Assembly (NCBI GenBank): GCA_036556905.1
Contig: DATBIM010000035.1
Span: forward strand, 1-12,505
Origin: Candidatus Methylomirabilota bacterium
GTDB taxonomy: Bacteria; Methylomirabilota; Methylomirabilia; Rokubacteriales; CSP1-6
Reading direction: 5' to 3'
Length of the DNA: 12,505 bases
Shown piece after piece: positions 1 through 6,930 of the stretch. How positions within the stretch are numbered: the first letter of the stretch is position 1; every line of letters begins with the position of its first letter. The position numbers were made by a program, and so were the translations under genes. A model generated the notes under the pieces. It was given only the letters and a program-made list of their open reading frames with translations, did not search any database and was not told where the DNA came from.

Positions 1-75
1 GCTGACGAGATGGAAGGCGATGCTGGTGCCAGTGACGCCGCCTCCGATGATCACGACGTCGGCTGTGAGCGCCAT
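1..75 (-). CDS. FAD-dependent oxidoreductase, N-terminal 25 codons only; the gene continues past the window start
   Basis: Minus-strand ATG at 75-73 with a GGAGGA Shine-Dalgarno 7 nt upstream. The translation MALTADVVIIGGGVTGTSIAFHLVS carries the GxGxxG dinucleotide-binding motif typical of DadA/glycine-oxidase-type FAD enzymes. It starts 25 nt after the MOSC stop, so the two are probably an operon. Confidence 0.5.
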   Translation of the reverse strand, partial: MALTADVVIIGGGVTGTSIAFHLVS

Positions 76-99
76 GCCGTGTCCTCCGCGGTCAGGCTA

Positions 100-744
100 T
101 CACGGGTCGACCAGCGCCACGCGGTCGCCGACGGCGATCGCTCCTCCTTCGATCACGTCGCAGTCGAGCGCCATGCGTCCGCCGAACTCGCTGACGATGC
201 GCTTGAGGACCGAGAGATCCTGGACCTGCGTGTCGGGATCGTACGTCGTCATCACGCAGCGGCCACGCAGCTTCGCCACCTGGATCAGGACCGGGCCGAT
301 GCGGAGGCGGCGGCCCGGCCATCGGCGCTCGGCGAGGCCGCCCACGCCCTCGATGACGATGTTCGGGCGGAGGCGGCGGTGATCGACACCGAGCGCGGCG
401 ATCGCGCCGTCGGTGGCGACCAGGAGGGGGAGCACGTCGAAGCGCTCTCGCCCGTCGTAGCGGACCAGGTGCGCCTCGGCTCCGGCCGCCGCCTGGATGG
501 CGGCGGTCGAGGCCGGGGACGTCCACGGCGAGCCGTTGATCCGGGGCTCGCCATCGGGGCCGAGGACGGCGGTGAGCCCGAGCAGGCGCGGAGTCGTCCG
601 CGCCGTCACGACCCGGCCGCGCTCATCGGTCACGTGGACGACTCGATCACCGGCGATCCCATTCGCGGTCACGTCGGCGCGCTCGAGCCGCTCGCCCGCG
701 AGCGACTTCACCGGATAGCGCCAGAGCTCGGCCACCCGCATCAT
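100..744 (-). CDS. MOSC-domain protein (YcbX-like; MOSC_N beta-barrel plus MOSC domain). It is 214 aa and lacks the C-terminal ferredoxin domain of full-length YcbX.
   Basis: The N-terminus MMRVAELWRYPVKSLAGERL matches the MOSC_N signature (xYPVKS). The conserved Cys lies in KLRGRCVMTTYDPDT. The ORF runs ATG at 744-742 to TGA at 102-100. There is no obvious SD, but the gene is coupled to an upstream small ORF. Confidence 0.8.
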   Translation of the reverse strand: MMRVAELWRYPVKSLAGERLERADVTANGIAGDRVVHVTDERGRVVTARTTPRLLGLTAVLGPDGEPRINGSPWTSPASTAAIQAAAGAEAHLVRYDGRERFDVLPLLVATDGAIAALGVDHRRLRPNIVIEGVGGLAERRWPGRRLRIGPVLIQVAKLRGRCVMTTYDPDTQVQDLSVLKRIVSEFGGRMALDCDVIEGGAIAVGDRVALVDP

Positions 745-797
745 CGCCGCGTCTTGCCGGTCGCCGGGTCACGATCGACCGGGTTGATCCTGGCCAT
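741..797 (-). CDS. Candidate 18-codon upstream ORF (MARINPVDRDPATGKTRR) whose stop overlaps the MOSC start as ATGA
   Basis: Minus-strand ATG at 797-795 is preceded by a GGAGGA SD (rc of 806-811) with an 8 nt spacer. The ORF ends CGA-TGA, and the TGA overlaps the MOSC ATG. MOSC itself has no SD. I found this by manual reverse-complement translation; it is below the ORF-track length cutoff. Confidence 0.25.
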   Translation of the reverse strand: MARINPVDRDPATGKTRR

Positions 798-860
798 CGT
801 CGTTGTCCTCCGTGGATCGGGTGTATTGCTTTAGACACTAACCTGTGAGATAGGGATTCA

Positions 861-1493
861 GTGGTTAGCAAGAAAGCCCGCCCGAGCCCGGCCGCGGAGC
901 GATTTGTGTTTATCGGCGGCCGCTTGTGCGTGGATTTCGCCAACACCGTCTACGCGCCCGAGAGCCCCGCCGGGGCGCTGGACGGCTTCGACGACGTCGT
1001 GGCCTTCCTGGCGGCCGCCGGCGCCGTGGAGCGCGGGGAGGCCCGGCGTCTGCGAGCGCTGGCTGGCGAGAGCCCGCGGCGGAGCGCGACCGCGTTCGCC
1101 CGAGCCCTGGTCTTGCGGGACATGCTACGCGCGCTTCTCGGGGCGCTCGCGGCCGGCCAGTCCGTGCGGCGGCAGTGGGTGGAGCTGGTGAACCAGATCC
1201 TTCGATCGGATCTCGGCTACGCGCAGCTCGTCGCTCGTGGCGGCGGCTGGTCGCTCGTCCCGGTGGCGTCACCGGAGGAGCCGCTGGCGGCGCTCGTCCC
1301 CATCGTCCGATCGGCCGCCGAGCTCATCCAGGAGGGCCCCGGCGCGCCCGTGCGGAAGTGCGCCAACCCGAAGTGCGTCCTGTACTTCTACGATGCCTCG
1401 CGCACGGGCCAGCGACGCTGGTGCGCGATGGCCGTGTGCGGGAATCGGATGAAGGTCGCCGCTCACGCGCGGCGCGAGCGGGCGCCGGACTAG
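861..1493 (+). CDS. CGNR zinc-finger protein with N-terminal ABATE domain (putative stress-responsive transcriptional regulator)
   Basis: GTG start at 861 sits behind TAGGGA. The C-terminus CANPKCVLYFYDASRTGQRRWCAMAVCGNRMKVAAHARR is the canonical zf-CGNR motif (CxxxxC...RRWC...CGNR). The N-terminal 150 aa are Ala/Leu-rich and ABATE-like. The gene is divergent from the MOSC operon. Confidence 0.8.
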   Translation: MVSKKARPSPAAERFVFIGGRLCVDFANTVYAPESPAGALDGFDDVVAFLAAAGAVERGEARRLRALAGESPRRSATAFARALVLRDMLRALLGALAAGQSVRRQWVELVNQILRSDLGYAQLVARGGGWSLVPVASPEEPLAALVPIVRSAAELIQEGPGAPVRKCANPKCVLYFYDASRTGQRRWCAMAVCGNRMKVAAHARRERAPD

Positions 1494-1497
1494 GAGA

Positions 1498-1726
1498 TCA
1501 AGGGACCAGTACCTCGACCAGTCGCGCTGCGCGATCGCGCTGTTCGGTGTCCCAGGTCACCAGCGGGAGGCGGAGTCGCGCCGCGATCGCGATAGAGATG
1601 GCATCGGCGCCACGGACACGGAGTCTCCCGGCCGGCCACGTGTCGGGCAAGCCAGTGACGGCTGGCCTCGTGATGGACGTCGTGCCGCACGAGACGACTG
1701 ACCACCACGCTCGCGTCCACGACCAT
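1498..1726 (-). pseudogene. vapC: vapC-like PIN-domain toxin remnant with an internal deletion of about 50 codons and a frameshift
   Basis: Frame A reads MVVDASVVVSRLVRHDVHHEASRHWLARHVAG, the PIN N-terminus with the first catalytic Asp. It then runs into nonsense and stops at 1490. Near 1620-1630 a different frame reads RLRVRGADAISIAIAARLRLPLVTWDTEQRDRAARLVEVLVP*, the PIN C-terminus (DAxxxAxA...PLVTxD). The span is 229 nt, which is not a multiple of 3, and the central part of the domain is missing. The start ATG overlaps the antitoxin stop as TGATG. Confidence 0.55.
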
Positions 1727-1989
1727 CAGAGCTCACGCCGGCCGTCTCGCACCGCCTTGGCCGCGGAGCGCCCCTTCGGCCAGCGGGCGCCGATTTCCCT
1801 GGCAACCTGATCGAGGGACGCCCACGCCGCCACCGTGGCGCGAGGCCGCCGGGGCTCGCGCGGTACCGGGACGAGCCGAGCGACCACGCGTCCATGATGC
1901 GTGACCTCGATTTGCTCCCCGCGCTCACGTACCCGGCGGAGCACCTGGCTCGTGTGCTCCTTCAGCTCCCGAACGCCGATGGCCGGCAT
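1726..1989 (-). CDS. Phd/YefM-family antitoxin, 87 aa
   Basis: MPAIGVRELKEHTSQVLRRVRERGEQIEVTHHGRVVARLVPV matches the Phd/YefM N-terminal fold signature. The ATG at 1989-1987 is preceded by AGGGAGG with a 5 nt spacer. The ORF track extends this to a GTG at 2022, but that upstream stretch would be the 5' UTR. Confidence 0.75.
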   Translation of the reverse strand: MPAIGVRELKEHTSQVLRRVRERGEQIEVTHHGRVVARLVPVPREPRRPRATVAAWASLDQVAREIGARWPKGRSAAKAVRDGRREL

Positions 1990-2000
1990 GGCGACCTCCC

Positions 2001-2023
2001 TGGTGACCACAAATGTGGCCACA
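2001..2023. promoter_or_regulatory. Candidate antitoxin operator: perfect 10-bp palindrome TGTGGCCACA (2014-2023) plus an adjacent degenerate copy TTGTGGTCACC, overlapping the predicted promoter and transcription start
   Basis: On the minus strand the upstream region reads TTGCCG-N18-GATACT-TGTGGCCACATTTGTGGTCACC-AGGGAGG-ATG. The palindrome sits between the -10-like hexamer and the SD, where TA antitoxins typically autorepress. Confidence 0.3.
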
Positions 2024-2117
2024 AGTATCCCCCGGGGGTCTATCCCGCGGCAACTGACTACAGATCTTGACGGACCGCCACCCTCATCGCTACGCTTCCG
2101 CGCGTGATGGGCGCTCC

Positions 2118-3146
2118 GTGACCCGCGCGCCGGCCACCCTCCTGCTCGTGCTGCTCCTGGCGCCGGGCGTGGCGAGCGCCGAGCTCGCGCTGCCCTCCGG
2201 ATTCAGCGCCGACATCTACGTCACCGGGAGCGGATTCGGCTCGAGCCCCGCGCAGGCCTTCGAGGGCATTCCCGCGGCGTCCACCATGGCCTTCGACGAC
2301 GCCGGCATGCTCTATCTGGCCCGAACCGGCCGCCGGTATGGCGGCGGCGAGGTCGATGACCGCTGGCCCCTCTACCGGATTCCCCTCGGCGGCGCCCGTC
2401 TGACGCGGGACAACGAACACCGGTTCTTCCATGGCCCGCCCCTCCCGAGCCCGCAGGTCGTCGCCATCCGCGGCGGGCGAGAGCTCTTCGTGACGACCTT
2501 CGATCGCGACCGGAAGATCGGGGTGCTCTATCGGCTGCTCAGCGGGACGATCGAGCTGTTCGCCGGGGGCACACCGCCGCGGGGCACGGCGCCACTGCTG
2601 CGCCAGCCCGAGGGCGCCGCGATCGACTCCGCCGGCCACCTCTACGTCGCCGATCGCGCGGCCGGGCGCATCGTGAAGCTGGACCCGCACGGGCGCGTTC
2701 TCGACCCTCAGTGGCTGACGGTGACGCGCCCGCGCACGCTGGCCATGGGCGAGCAGGACTACCTGTGGGTGGGCAGCGATGGCCCGGCCGAGGCCCCGTG
2801 GGGGGTGGGGCCAGGCGAGATCTGGCGGGTGAGCCCCGACGGCCTGCCGTCGGTGGTGCTGCAAGGCCCGCTCGCCGCCGCGATCAGCGTTGGGCCCGGC
2901 GGCCGGCTCTTCGTGGCCGACCGGCAGGCCGGGCTGATCTTCGCCCTGAGCCCGCAGGGCGAGCGCACCGAGCTCGTCCGCTTCAGCGGGGGCGATGCGC
3001 CGCGCGGCCTCTGCTTCGCGCCGGATACCCCGGCCACGCGGCGCGCGGGGATCGCCGGCGACCTCTTCGTCGTCACGATCCGGCGCGGCGCCTGGCCGCT
3101 CAACGAGGTGGTCCGGATCTCCGGGCCCTTCGATCGCCGGCCCTGA
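2118..3146 (+). CDS. Secreted NHL-repeat / six-bladed beta-propeller protein
   Basis: Probable GTG start at 2118 gives MTRAPATLLLVLLLAPGVASA|ELAL, a classic signal peptide with an AxA cleavage site. The ORF track starts at TTG 2067, adding 17 non-signal residues. Repeated NHL-like blades are present: GHLYVADRAAGRIVKLDPHG, GRLFVADRQAGLIFALSPQG and AGMLYLARTG. Confidence 0.65.
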   Translation: MTRAPATLLLVLLLAPGVASAELALPSGFSADIYVTGSGFGSSPAQAFEGIPAASTMAFDDAGMLYLARTGRRYGGGEVDDRWPLYRIPLGGARLTRDNEHRFFHGPPLPSPQVVAIRGGRELFVTTFDRDRKIGVLYRLLSGTIELFAGGTPPRGTAPLLRQPEGAAIDSAGHLYVADRAAGRIVKLDPHGRVLDPQWLTVTRPRTLAMGEQDYLWVGSDGPAEAPWGVGPGEIWRVSPDGLPSVVLQGPLAAAISVGPGGRLFVADRQAGLIFALSPQGERTELVRFSGGDAPRGLCFAPDTPATRRAGIAGDLFVVTIRRGAWPLNEVVRISGPFDRRP

Positions 3147-3149
3147 CGG

Positions 3150-3179
3150 CTTGACGCTCGGCCCGCCTGTCCCGTAGAT
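3150..3179 (+). promoter_or_regulatory. Possible sigma70-type promoter (TTGACG-N18-TAGATT) ending about 8 nt before the outer-membrane protein ATG, which would make the mRNA near-leaderless
   Basis: TTGACG lies at 3150-3155 and TAGATT at 3174-3179. There is no SD before ATG 3187. This is a weak motif call only. Confidence 0.2.
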
Positions 3180-3186
3180 TCAGCCA

Positions 3187-3915
3187 ATGCGACGGCGTGG
3201 CCTGCTGATCGTGGCGATCGTCCTGGCCCTGCTGCTCTCCCTCGCGCCGGGGCCCGCGTCCGCCGAGGTGGTCTTCGACCTCTACTTCGGCGGCGCCTTC
3301 ACCGCCTGGGACGACCTTTCGGCTCGATTCGACCAGACCTTTCAGATCCTGGAGGACGTCGGCTACGACGACTCCATCATCGGCGGTGGCCGGATCGCGT
3401 ACTGGTTCGATCGCCCGATCGTGGACCGTCTCACCTTCGGCATCGGGCTCGATGTCTTTCACTTCACCCCGGATATAGATTTCCAGACGGTGGACGGCGC
3501 CCAGACCTTCGGGGGGCTGACGCTCGCCGGAGAGTTCGCGGTCTTCCCGATCGATATTTCCGTCGTCGCCGTCGGCCTCGATCTGATGGTCCGCTGGCCC
3601 TTGATGCCGAGCCGGGACTTCCCCCGGGGTCGGCTGCAGCCCTACCTGACCGCCGGGCCGGCCGTGTTCTTCTCCGAGATCGAGGATACGGACAATTTCT
3701 CGCCCGGCAATCAGTCGGACAAGGACACGACCGTCGGCTTCAAGATCGGGACGGGCATGGTCTGGTACCTGGTCCCGAATCTGGCGGTGTTCGGCGAGTG
3801 GCGCTTCACGTACTTCAGCCCCGAGTGGAACGTCACCGACAACGGCGTCTCGGGAAAGCTGGAGACGGACATCAGCACCTTTTACCTGCTGGTCGGCCTC
3901 TCCCTCCGCTTCTAG
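3187..3915 (+). CDS. Outer-membrane beta-barrel protein (OmpW/OmpA-like small porin family)
   Basis: Signal peptide MRRRGLLIVAIVLALLLSLAPGPASA|EVV. The mature protein has alternating amphipathic beta-strands and ends ...FYLLVGLSLRF with a C-terminal Phe, the BAM-recognition signature. GC is about 60%, against about 73% in the flanks. Confidence 0.65.
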   Translation: MRRRGLLIVAIVLALLLSLAPGPASAEVVFDLYFGGAFTAWDDLSARFDQTFQILEDVGYDDSIIGGGRIAYWFDRPIVDRLTFGIGLDVFHFTPDIDFQTVDGAQTFGGLTLAGEFAVFPIDISVVAVGLDLMVRWPLMPSRDFPRGRLQPYLTAGPAVFFSEIEDTDNFSPGNQSDKDTTVGFKIGTGMVWYLVPNLAVFGEWRFTYFSPEWNVTDNGVSGKLETDISTFYLLVGLSLRF

Positions 3916-3927
3916 CCTGACCGGACG

Positions 3928-4875
3928 CTATTTCTTTTCTCGGGGCGTGCCGCGCAGGACGTCTGCGTCCAGGATGAAGTTCTGGCCTGAAGGCAGCATC
4001 ATGACCTGGATCTTGTCGCTCAGCTTCTGAACCATGGCGTAGCGCACGAGCTCGGGCGTGAGCGACGCCGCCAGCTTTCTGTTCGCCTCGGCCTCCTTCT
4101 CGGCCCGGAACAAGATTGCGCTGCCTTCTCCTTTGGCCCGTTCAATGGCCTGCTGGGCCTTGTGCTTTTCCCCCTCGATCTTCTGCTGCTCTTCCAGGGC
4201 GCGCTGGGTGGCGATCTGCTTGTCTTCGATGGCTTTCTTGAATTCTGGATTGAAGTCGATGTTGTCCAGCAGCAAGTCGACCACCTCGATCGAGAAGGGG
4301 GACAGTTCTTTCTCCAGTCGTTCCCGGACGGCCTTTCTGATGTTCTCCCGATTGGGGGCAATCTCGACGCTCCTGTACTTCACGGTTTCATCCTTGAAAT
4401 TCTGAATCACCCTCGATTCGACCAGGACATTGAAAAAGTTGGGGCCGACGGTCCGGTACAGCTCCTGGATGGCTTGCGGAGACACGCGGACATTGAGACT
4501 GGCGCGGACGAAGACATCCTGGCTTTCTTCGCTGAAGGCGTTGAGCTTATCGAACACGCGACGCTGCACCTGGATGTTGGCAAGCAGGACGTTGCGCCAG
4601 GGCGCCACGAACTGCAGCCCCTCGCCAATCTGGCCTTTGATGCCGCCAAATTCATAGACGACGCCGATGTGGCCGGCGGGCACCTGGTGGACGGAGGCGA
4701 ACAACGTGAGCAAGACCATGAGGACCAGGATTCCGACCCTTCCCGGTCCCAGCAAACCGGCCAGGTCGCGCACCCGGGATGGCCCGTAGTCACTGATCCC
4801 GGGCAGGTTTCGTCTGGCGGTGAACAGGAGGACCGCCACCACGGCAAGGACGATCATCGCGAGAATGTACAACAT
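3928..4875 (-). CDS. SPFH/Band-7 (prohibitin/HflC-like) membrane protein
   Basis: N-terminal transmembrane segments are followed by VPAGHIGVVYEFGGIKG...VRASLNVRV...EVVDLLLDNIDFNPEFKKAIEDKQIATQRALEEQQ, i.e. an SPFH core plus coiled-coil. A strong SD AAGGAAGGAG lies 7 nt before ATG 4875. GC is only about 59%. Confidence 0.85.
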   Translation of the reverse strand: MLYILAMIVLAVVAVLLFTARRNLPGISDYGPSRVRDLAGLLGPGRVGILVLMVLLTLFASVHQVPAGHIGVVYEFGGIKGQIGEGLQFVAPWRNVLLANIQVQRRVFDKLNAFSEESQDVFVRASLNVRVSPQAIQELYRTVGPNFFNVLVESRVIQNFKDETVKYRSVEIAPNRENIRKAVRERLEKELSPFSIEVVDLLLDNIDFNPEFKKAIEDKQIATQRALEEQQKIEGEKHKAQQAIERAKGEGSAILFRAEKEAEANRKLAASLTPELVRYAMVQKLSDKIQVMMLPSGQNFILDADVLRGTPREKK

Positions 4876-4905
4876 GGACGGCTCCTTCCTTAGCGTCGGG
4901 CCGGG

Positions 4906-6123
4906 TCAGAAGATCTCCGGGCACCAGGGCGCCCGCGCGGTGCGGAACAGCGCGTCGGCGCGCGCGATGGCGCCGGGGCGCAGCTCCTCGACCCGTAGCG
5001 CCTGCGCGAGCTGGGCCCAGGTGAAGCCGCCCAGGTACACGGAGCCGAGCGCGGTCACATCGCAGCGCAGCTCCGGCTCGCGCTCGGTTCGCTTGCTGCC
5101 GCCCTCGCCCACCTGCCAGCGGCCTTCGTTCCACGGGCAGAACTGGTCCACGAACTCGATGATCACGACCCCCGGCGCCGCGTAGGAGCGCGCCGACAGG
5201 GCGGCCTCCACATCCACCAGCCGGACCCAGAGGCCGTCCCGGAGGCTGAAGCGCAGGCGGCGCGGCTCGGCCAGCAGCAGGAGCAGGGGATGATCGAGGG
5301 GCAGCGGCCACGCCCGCAGCCGCGCCATCCAGTCGATGTCCAGCAGATACCGCCAGATCGCGCGTGTCGCCTGGGCCGAGTCGCCCATCGCCTCGACGGC
5401 TTCGATGACCCCCGTCTGCACGCCGCGATCCCACGCGGGTTGGAGCCGGTAGAGCGCGTATGCTGCGGGGCGGCCCTCGGCCTCGAGCACCGCGCACTGC
5501 AGCTCGCCCCCTCCCCGCCGCCGCCACTCGGGATCGACGAGGACACGGGTCTGCCACCACGCGGCCGTGCGCGCGAACATGCCGGGCGTCTCGGCCGCGA
5601 CGTGCTCGTAGACGGGGGCGACGAGGTGCGCGGCCTGCGCGAAGGGCACGAGCCGGGTCGCGCCGACCGGCTCGAAGCGCGCATAGTACGCGGATCGCTC
5701 GCGCGGGAGCTCGATCTCTGCCGCGAACGAGGCGATGCCGTAGCCGAAGCGGCCGTAGATCATGTCTTCGGTCGCCCACAGGTAGGCGACGGATTCGCCG
5801 CGGTCGTGGCAGGCGTCGAGCTGCGCCCGCATCATCGCGGTGAGAATGCCCCGCCGCCGATGGGTGGGCAGCACGCCGACGATGGTCACGCCGGCGGCCG
5901 CAATGCGCCCACCCGGCACGGTCAGCTCGAACGGGTAGGCGCCGGCGCCGCCCACGGCGTGGCCGTCCTCCCAGGCGGCGTGGGCGCGCTCGGCGGGCAT
6001 GAGGCGCTCGAGGCTCGACAGCTGATTCTCGTTGGGCGCCGAACGTCCGAAGTAGTGCGAGATCGGAGCCGCCGCGGCGCGCAGCTCGTCGGCCGAGGCG
6101 CAGGGCCGCACCTGCCAGGGCAT
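4906..6123 (-). CDS. Eis-like GNAT N-acetyltransferase (tandem GNAT plus C-terminal SCP2-like domain), 405 aa
   Basis: GNAT motif A is GVLPTHRRRGILTAMMRAQLD. A second GNAT-like region follows, then a C-terminal SCP2-like segment (GSVYLGGFTWAQLAQALRVEE). The length of about 400 aa is typical of the Eis family. The SD GGGAGG lies 6 nt before ATG 6123. Confidence 0.75.
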   Translation of the reverse strand: MPWQVRPCASADELRAAAAPISHYFGRSAPNENQLSSLERLMPAERAHAAWEDGHAVGGAGAYPFELTVPGGRIAAAGVTIVGVLPTHRRRGILTAMMRAQLDACHDRGESVAYLWATEDMIYGRFGYGIASFAAEIELPRERSAYYARFEPVGATRLVPFAQAAHLVAPVYEHVAAETPGMFARTAAWWQTRVLVDPEWRRRGGGELQCAVLEAEGRPAAYALYRLQPAWDRGVQTGVIEAVEAMGDSAQATRAIWRYLLDIDWMARLRAWPLPLDHPLLLLLAEPRRLRFSLRDGLWVRLVDVEAALSARSYAAPGVVIIEFVDQFCPWNEGRWQVGEGGSKRTEREPELRCDVTALGSVYLGGFTWAQLAQALRVEELRPGAIARADALFRTARAPWCPEIF

Positions 6124-6215
6124 GGCAGCCTCCCTCGAGAAGCCCGGTCATTCTAGCAAGAGATCGCCTCCCACGAGATGGCGCGGCATCGCCGGGCGAG
6201 ACCGCGGAAAGGCTT

Positions 6216-6243
6216 CTTGACAACCGACGGCGGCCGCATAGAG
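6216..6243 (+). promoter_or_regulatory. Candidate sigma70 promoter for the DUF1326-DUF2182 operon: TTGACA-N16-TAGAGT
   Basis: TTGACA lies at 6216-6221 and TAGAGT at 6238-6243, about 40 nt upstream of ATG 6286. The intervening leader contains the GGAGGTG SD. Confidence 0.35.
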
Positions 6244-6285
6244 TGGTGCGCATCAGGCCCGGTCGAACTTCAATCGGAGGTGCCT

Positions 6286-6912
6286 ATGGCGACCGCGACG
6301 AAGACTCGATGGCAGATGAGCGGACAGGGGTACGAATTCTGTAACTGCGACTTCGGTTGCGGGTGCAACTTCGGCGGGTTCCCGAACTCGAAGGATGGCA
6401 GCTGCCGCGCGCTGGTCGGCTTCACGGTGACGAAGGGGCGCTGCGGCGACACCGATCTCTCTGGCGTGAAGGGCGCCGGGATCTTCGTGTGGCCCAAGGC
6501 CATCCACGAGGGCAACGGCAAGGCCGCCTTCATCGTTGACCCCGCCACCACCGACAAGCAGGTGGAGGCGCTCGCCCAGATCTTCACTGGCCAGCTCGGC
6601 GGACTGCCGTGGGAGCTTCTGGGACCCACCTTCCAGGTCGCCGGCCTCGTGAAGGCGAAGATCAGTATCGACGGGACCGGACGCAAGAGCACGTTCCGCA
6701 TCGACGGCGTCGGCGAGGCACGCGGGGAAGCCTTGAAGAACCCGGTCACCGGCGAGGACCACATCGTCAACGTCGATCTGCCCACCGGCTTCATCTGGAA
6801 AAAGGGCGAGGCGGGCTCGGGCTCGTTCCGCGCGGCGGCCGCCGGCCTCTCCGTCGAGTCCAACAAGACGAACTGGATCTACTACAAGTATGACTGGTCG
6901 AACGCTGCCTGA
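6286..6912 (+). CDS. DUF1326-family protein with N-terminal Cys cluster CNCDFGCGCNFGG
   Basis: The start is ATG 6286, with a GGAGGTG SD 5 nt upstream. The ORF-track start at 6178 is an out-of-context extension. The CxCxxxCxC motif at residues 19-27 plus Cys at 46 and 59 is the hallmark of DUF1326. The rest of the protein is soluble and beta-rich. Confidence 0.7.
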   Translation: MATATKTRWQMSGQGYEFCNCDFGCGCNFGGFPNSKDGSCRALVGFTVTKGRCGDTDLSGVKGAGIFVWPKAIHEGNGKAAFIVDPATTDKQVEALAQIFTGQLGGLPWELLGPTFQVAGLVKAKISIDGTGRKSTFRIDGVGEARGEALKNPVTGEDHIVNVDLPTGFIWKKGEAGSGSFRAAAAGLSVESNKTNWIYYKYDWSNAA

Positions 6913-6930
6913 CGCGGCCGGCCCCGCGCG

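Noticed and set aside
10-2864. Long plus- and minus-strand ORFs overlapping the called genes (10-834+, 926-1810+, 2058-2864-, and similar ones at 4790-6253-, 5290-6156+, 6253-7341-, 7116-7937+, 7817-9124+, 8398-9828+, 10206-11516+, 11754-12479-)
   Set aside because: All give low-complexity R/P/G/A-rich translations without motifs and lie antisense or out of frame to ORFs with clear domain signatures. They are high-GC shadow ORFs.
3916-3960. Looked for rho-independent terminators between the convergent outer-membrane protein and SPFH genes (and at 7744-7750 and 1494-1497)
   Set aside because: Gaps of 4-12 nt contain no stem-loop plus U-tract. The only hairpin seen (GGACGtctgCGTCC) is inside the SPFH coding sequence and weak. 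Terminators probably lie within coding sequence or are Rho-dependent.
6374-6390. GTTCCCGAAC palindrome resembling a LexA half-site arrangement
   Set aside because: It is inside the DUF1326 coding sequence, the orientation and spacing (GTTC-N2-GAAC) do not match the GAAC-N4-GTTC box, and it is nowhere near dinB.
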